Source: Callorhinchus milii
Lineage: Eukaryota
Assembly: GCF_018977255.1 (NCBI RefSeq)
Contig: NW_024704743.1
Span: 81,780,001 to 81,844,000, forward strand
Length of the DNA: 64,000 nucleotides
Reading direction: 5' to 3'
Shown: in pieces, positions 63,090 through 64,000 of the stretch
Numbering within the stretch: the first letter of the stretch is position 1
Layout: each line of letters opens with the position of its first letter
Notes under the pieces: generated by a model
What the model was told of the DNA's origin: nothing
Database searches by the model: none
Seen by the model: the letters and a program-made list of their open reading frames with translations, nothing else
Translations under genes and position numbers: made by a program

Positions 63090-64000
63090 TCATACATCAA
63101 TCACCATGTCGTACTGCTGCTCCTTTTTCCGCCGGCAGCATTTGGTGATAAGGACAATATATAGAGTTAACAGCATGACCCAGTAACAGGCATATAGTAT
63201 TGCCCCAATAATGAGAACAGTCTGCTCAGAATCAGAAAAAGAATCTCGGGTTTCATTGTATATTGTGTACATTGCCCCTCCCAGAAGGATACTAAACCAC
63301 ACTGATACTGGGATCAGCCCAATGAAGTTCACCACTATAGTTTTCCTTCCCGACGTCCCCCAACCTGCTTTGTTTATCGTAGCAATGGCAAACATCTTTG
63401 CAGGAAGTAAACTCGACATGTACAGCACAGAGTAAAGAGACATGAAGACCATCACAATGTTGCCTCTCAGACAACTCGCAAAGGAAGATTTGATGAGACC
63501 CACAAACTGGACGGTCAATAGAAACAGAAGAATGTTCCAAATTCTTCCTCTGTAAAAAAGCTGAATAACGGTGGCTATGAGGAAGAAGGGGAAAAATCCA
63601 GTGATCACTGCTTCATACGTCATCCACAGATGGTGTTTATGGAACCAGAGAGAATTGTACAGCCACTCTCTGAAGTAGGATTTGCTCCAGCGGGTCTGCT
63701 GGTTTAACCACCTCAGGTATTGCGTTGGGGTTTCTGTGAGACATTTGGATCTTGCTGTATATTTTGTTGCATACCCTAGGCTCAGGACACGGTTTGTCAG
63801 ATGTCTGTCATCCCCAAAGCTACATTTCGAGCCCAGAAACTCCTGATTGTACCAATCTTCGACAAATTTGTGGAGTAAGCCATTTCTGTACATGCCTAAA
63901 GGCCCACTAATGCATTGCACACAGCCAAAATAGGATTGACAGGCTCTTTCGACGTTAAAGGCCATCCAATACCTTACACTACTAAGGAACGATATCCAGG
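63090..64000 (-). CDS. HAS2: Hyaluronan synthase 2, terminal coding exon (partial; the frame continues past the window edge)
   Basis: [44 protein letters not shown] (QxxRW), transmembrane helices; C-terminus [14 protein letters not shown] is HAS2-type; TGA at 63090-63092. Confidence 0.97.
   Translation of the reverse strand, partial: WISFLSSVRYWMAFNVERACQSYFGCVQCISGPLGMYRNGLLHKFVEDWYNQEFLGSKCSFGDDRHLTNRVLSLGYATKYTARSKCLTETPTQYLRWLNQQTRWSKSYFREWLYNSLWFHKHHLWMTYEAVITGFFPFFLIATVIQLFYRGRIWNILLFLLTVQFVGLIKSSFASCLRGNIVMVFMSLYSVLYMSSLLPAKMFAIATINKAGWGTSGRKTIVVNFIGLIPVSVWFSILLGGAMYTIYNETRDSFSDSEQTVLIIGAILYACYWVMLLTLYIVLITKCCRRKKEQQYDMVIDV

Noticed and set aside
63963..63965. ORF-track Met as the HAS2 start codon
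   Set aside because: Internal Met; the frame stays open to the window edge and upstream exons lie outside the window

Overview
Eukaryotic (vertebrate) genomic DNA. The repeat content (CR1 and L2 LINEs, DeuSINE-type tRNA-derived SINEs, Penelope-like fold-backs) points to a cartilaginous fish; this taxon call is inferred. The only protein-coding gene I can support is the terminal coding exon of hyaluronan synthase 2 (HAS2). It lies on the minus strand (63090 to beyond 64000), followed by a ~2.2 kb TE-free 3'UTR. The remaining ~61 kb downstream of HAS2 is intergenic and rich in transposons: at least three L2 families, CR1 copies, young and old SINEs, several MITE-like palindromes and an unclassified poly(A)-tailed retroelement. 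Nearly all other ORFs in the track are LINE fragments or chance frames. I found no evidence of a new protein-coding system. The most interesting signals are structural: (i) a near-perfect 175-bp inverted repeat; (ii) two ~95-bp inverted captures of nearby DNA exactly at L2 5' junctions; (iii) three ~174-bp fold-back insertions with 11-15 bp target-site duplications and hammerhead-like remnants; (iv) covariation of the SINE and L2 3' stem-loop; (v) a cluster of miR-23 seed sites in the HAS2 3'UTR. Boundaries of decayed repeats are approximate.
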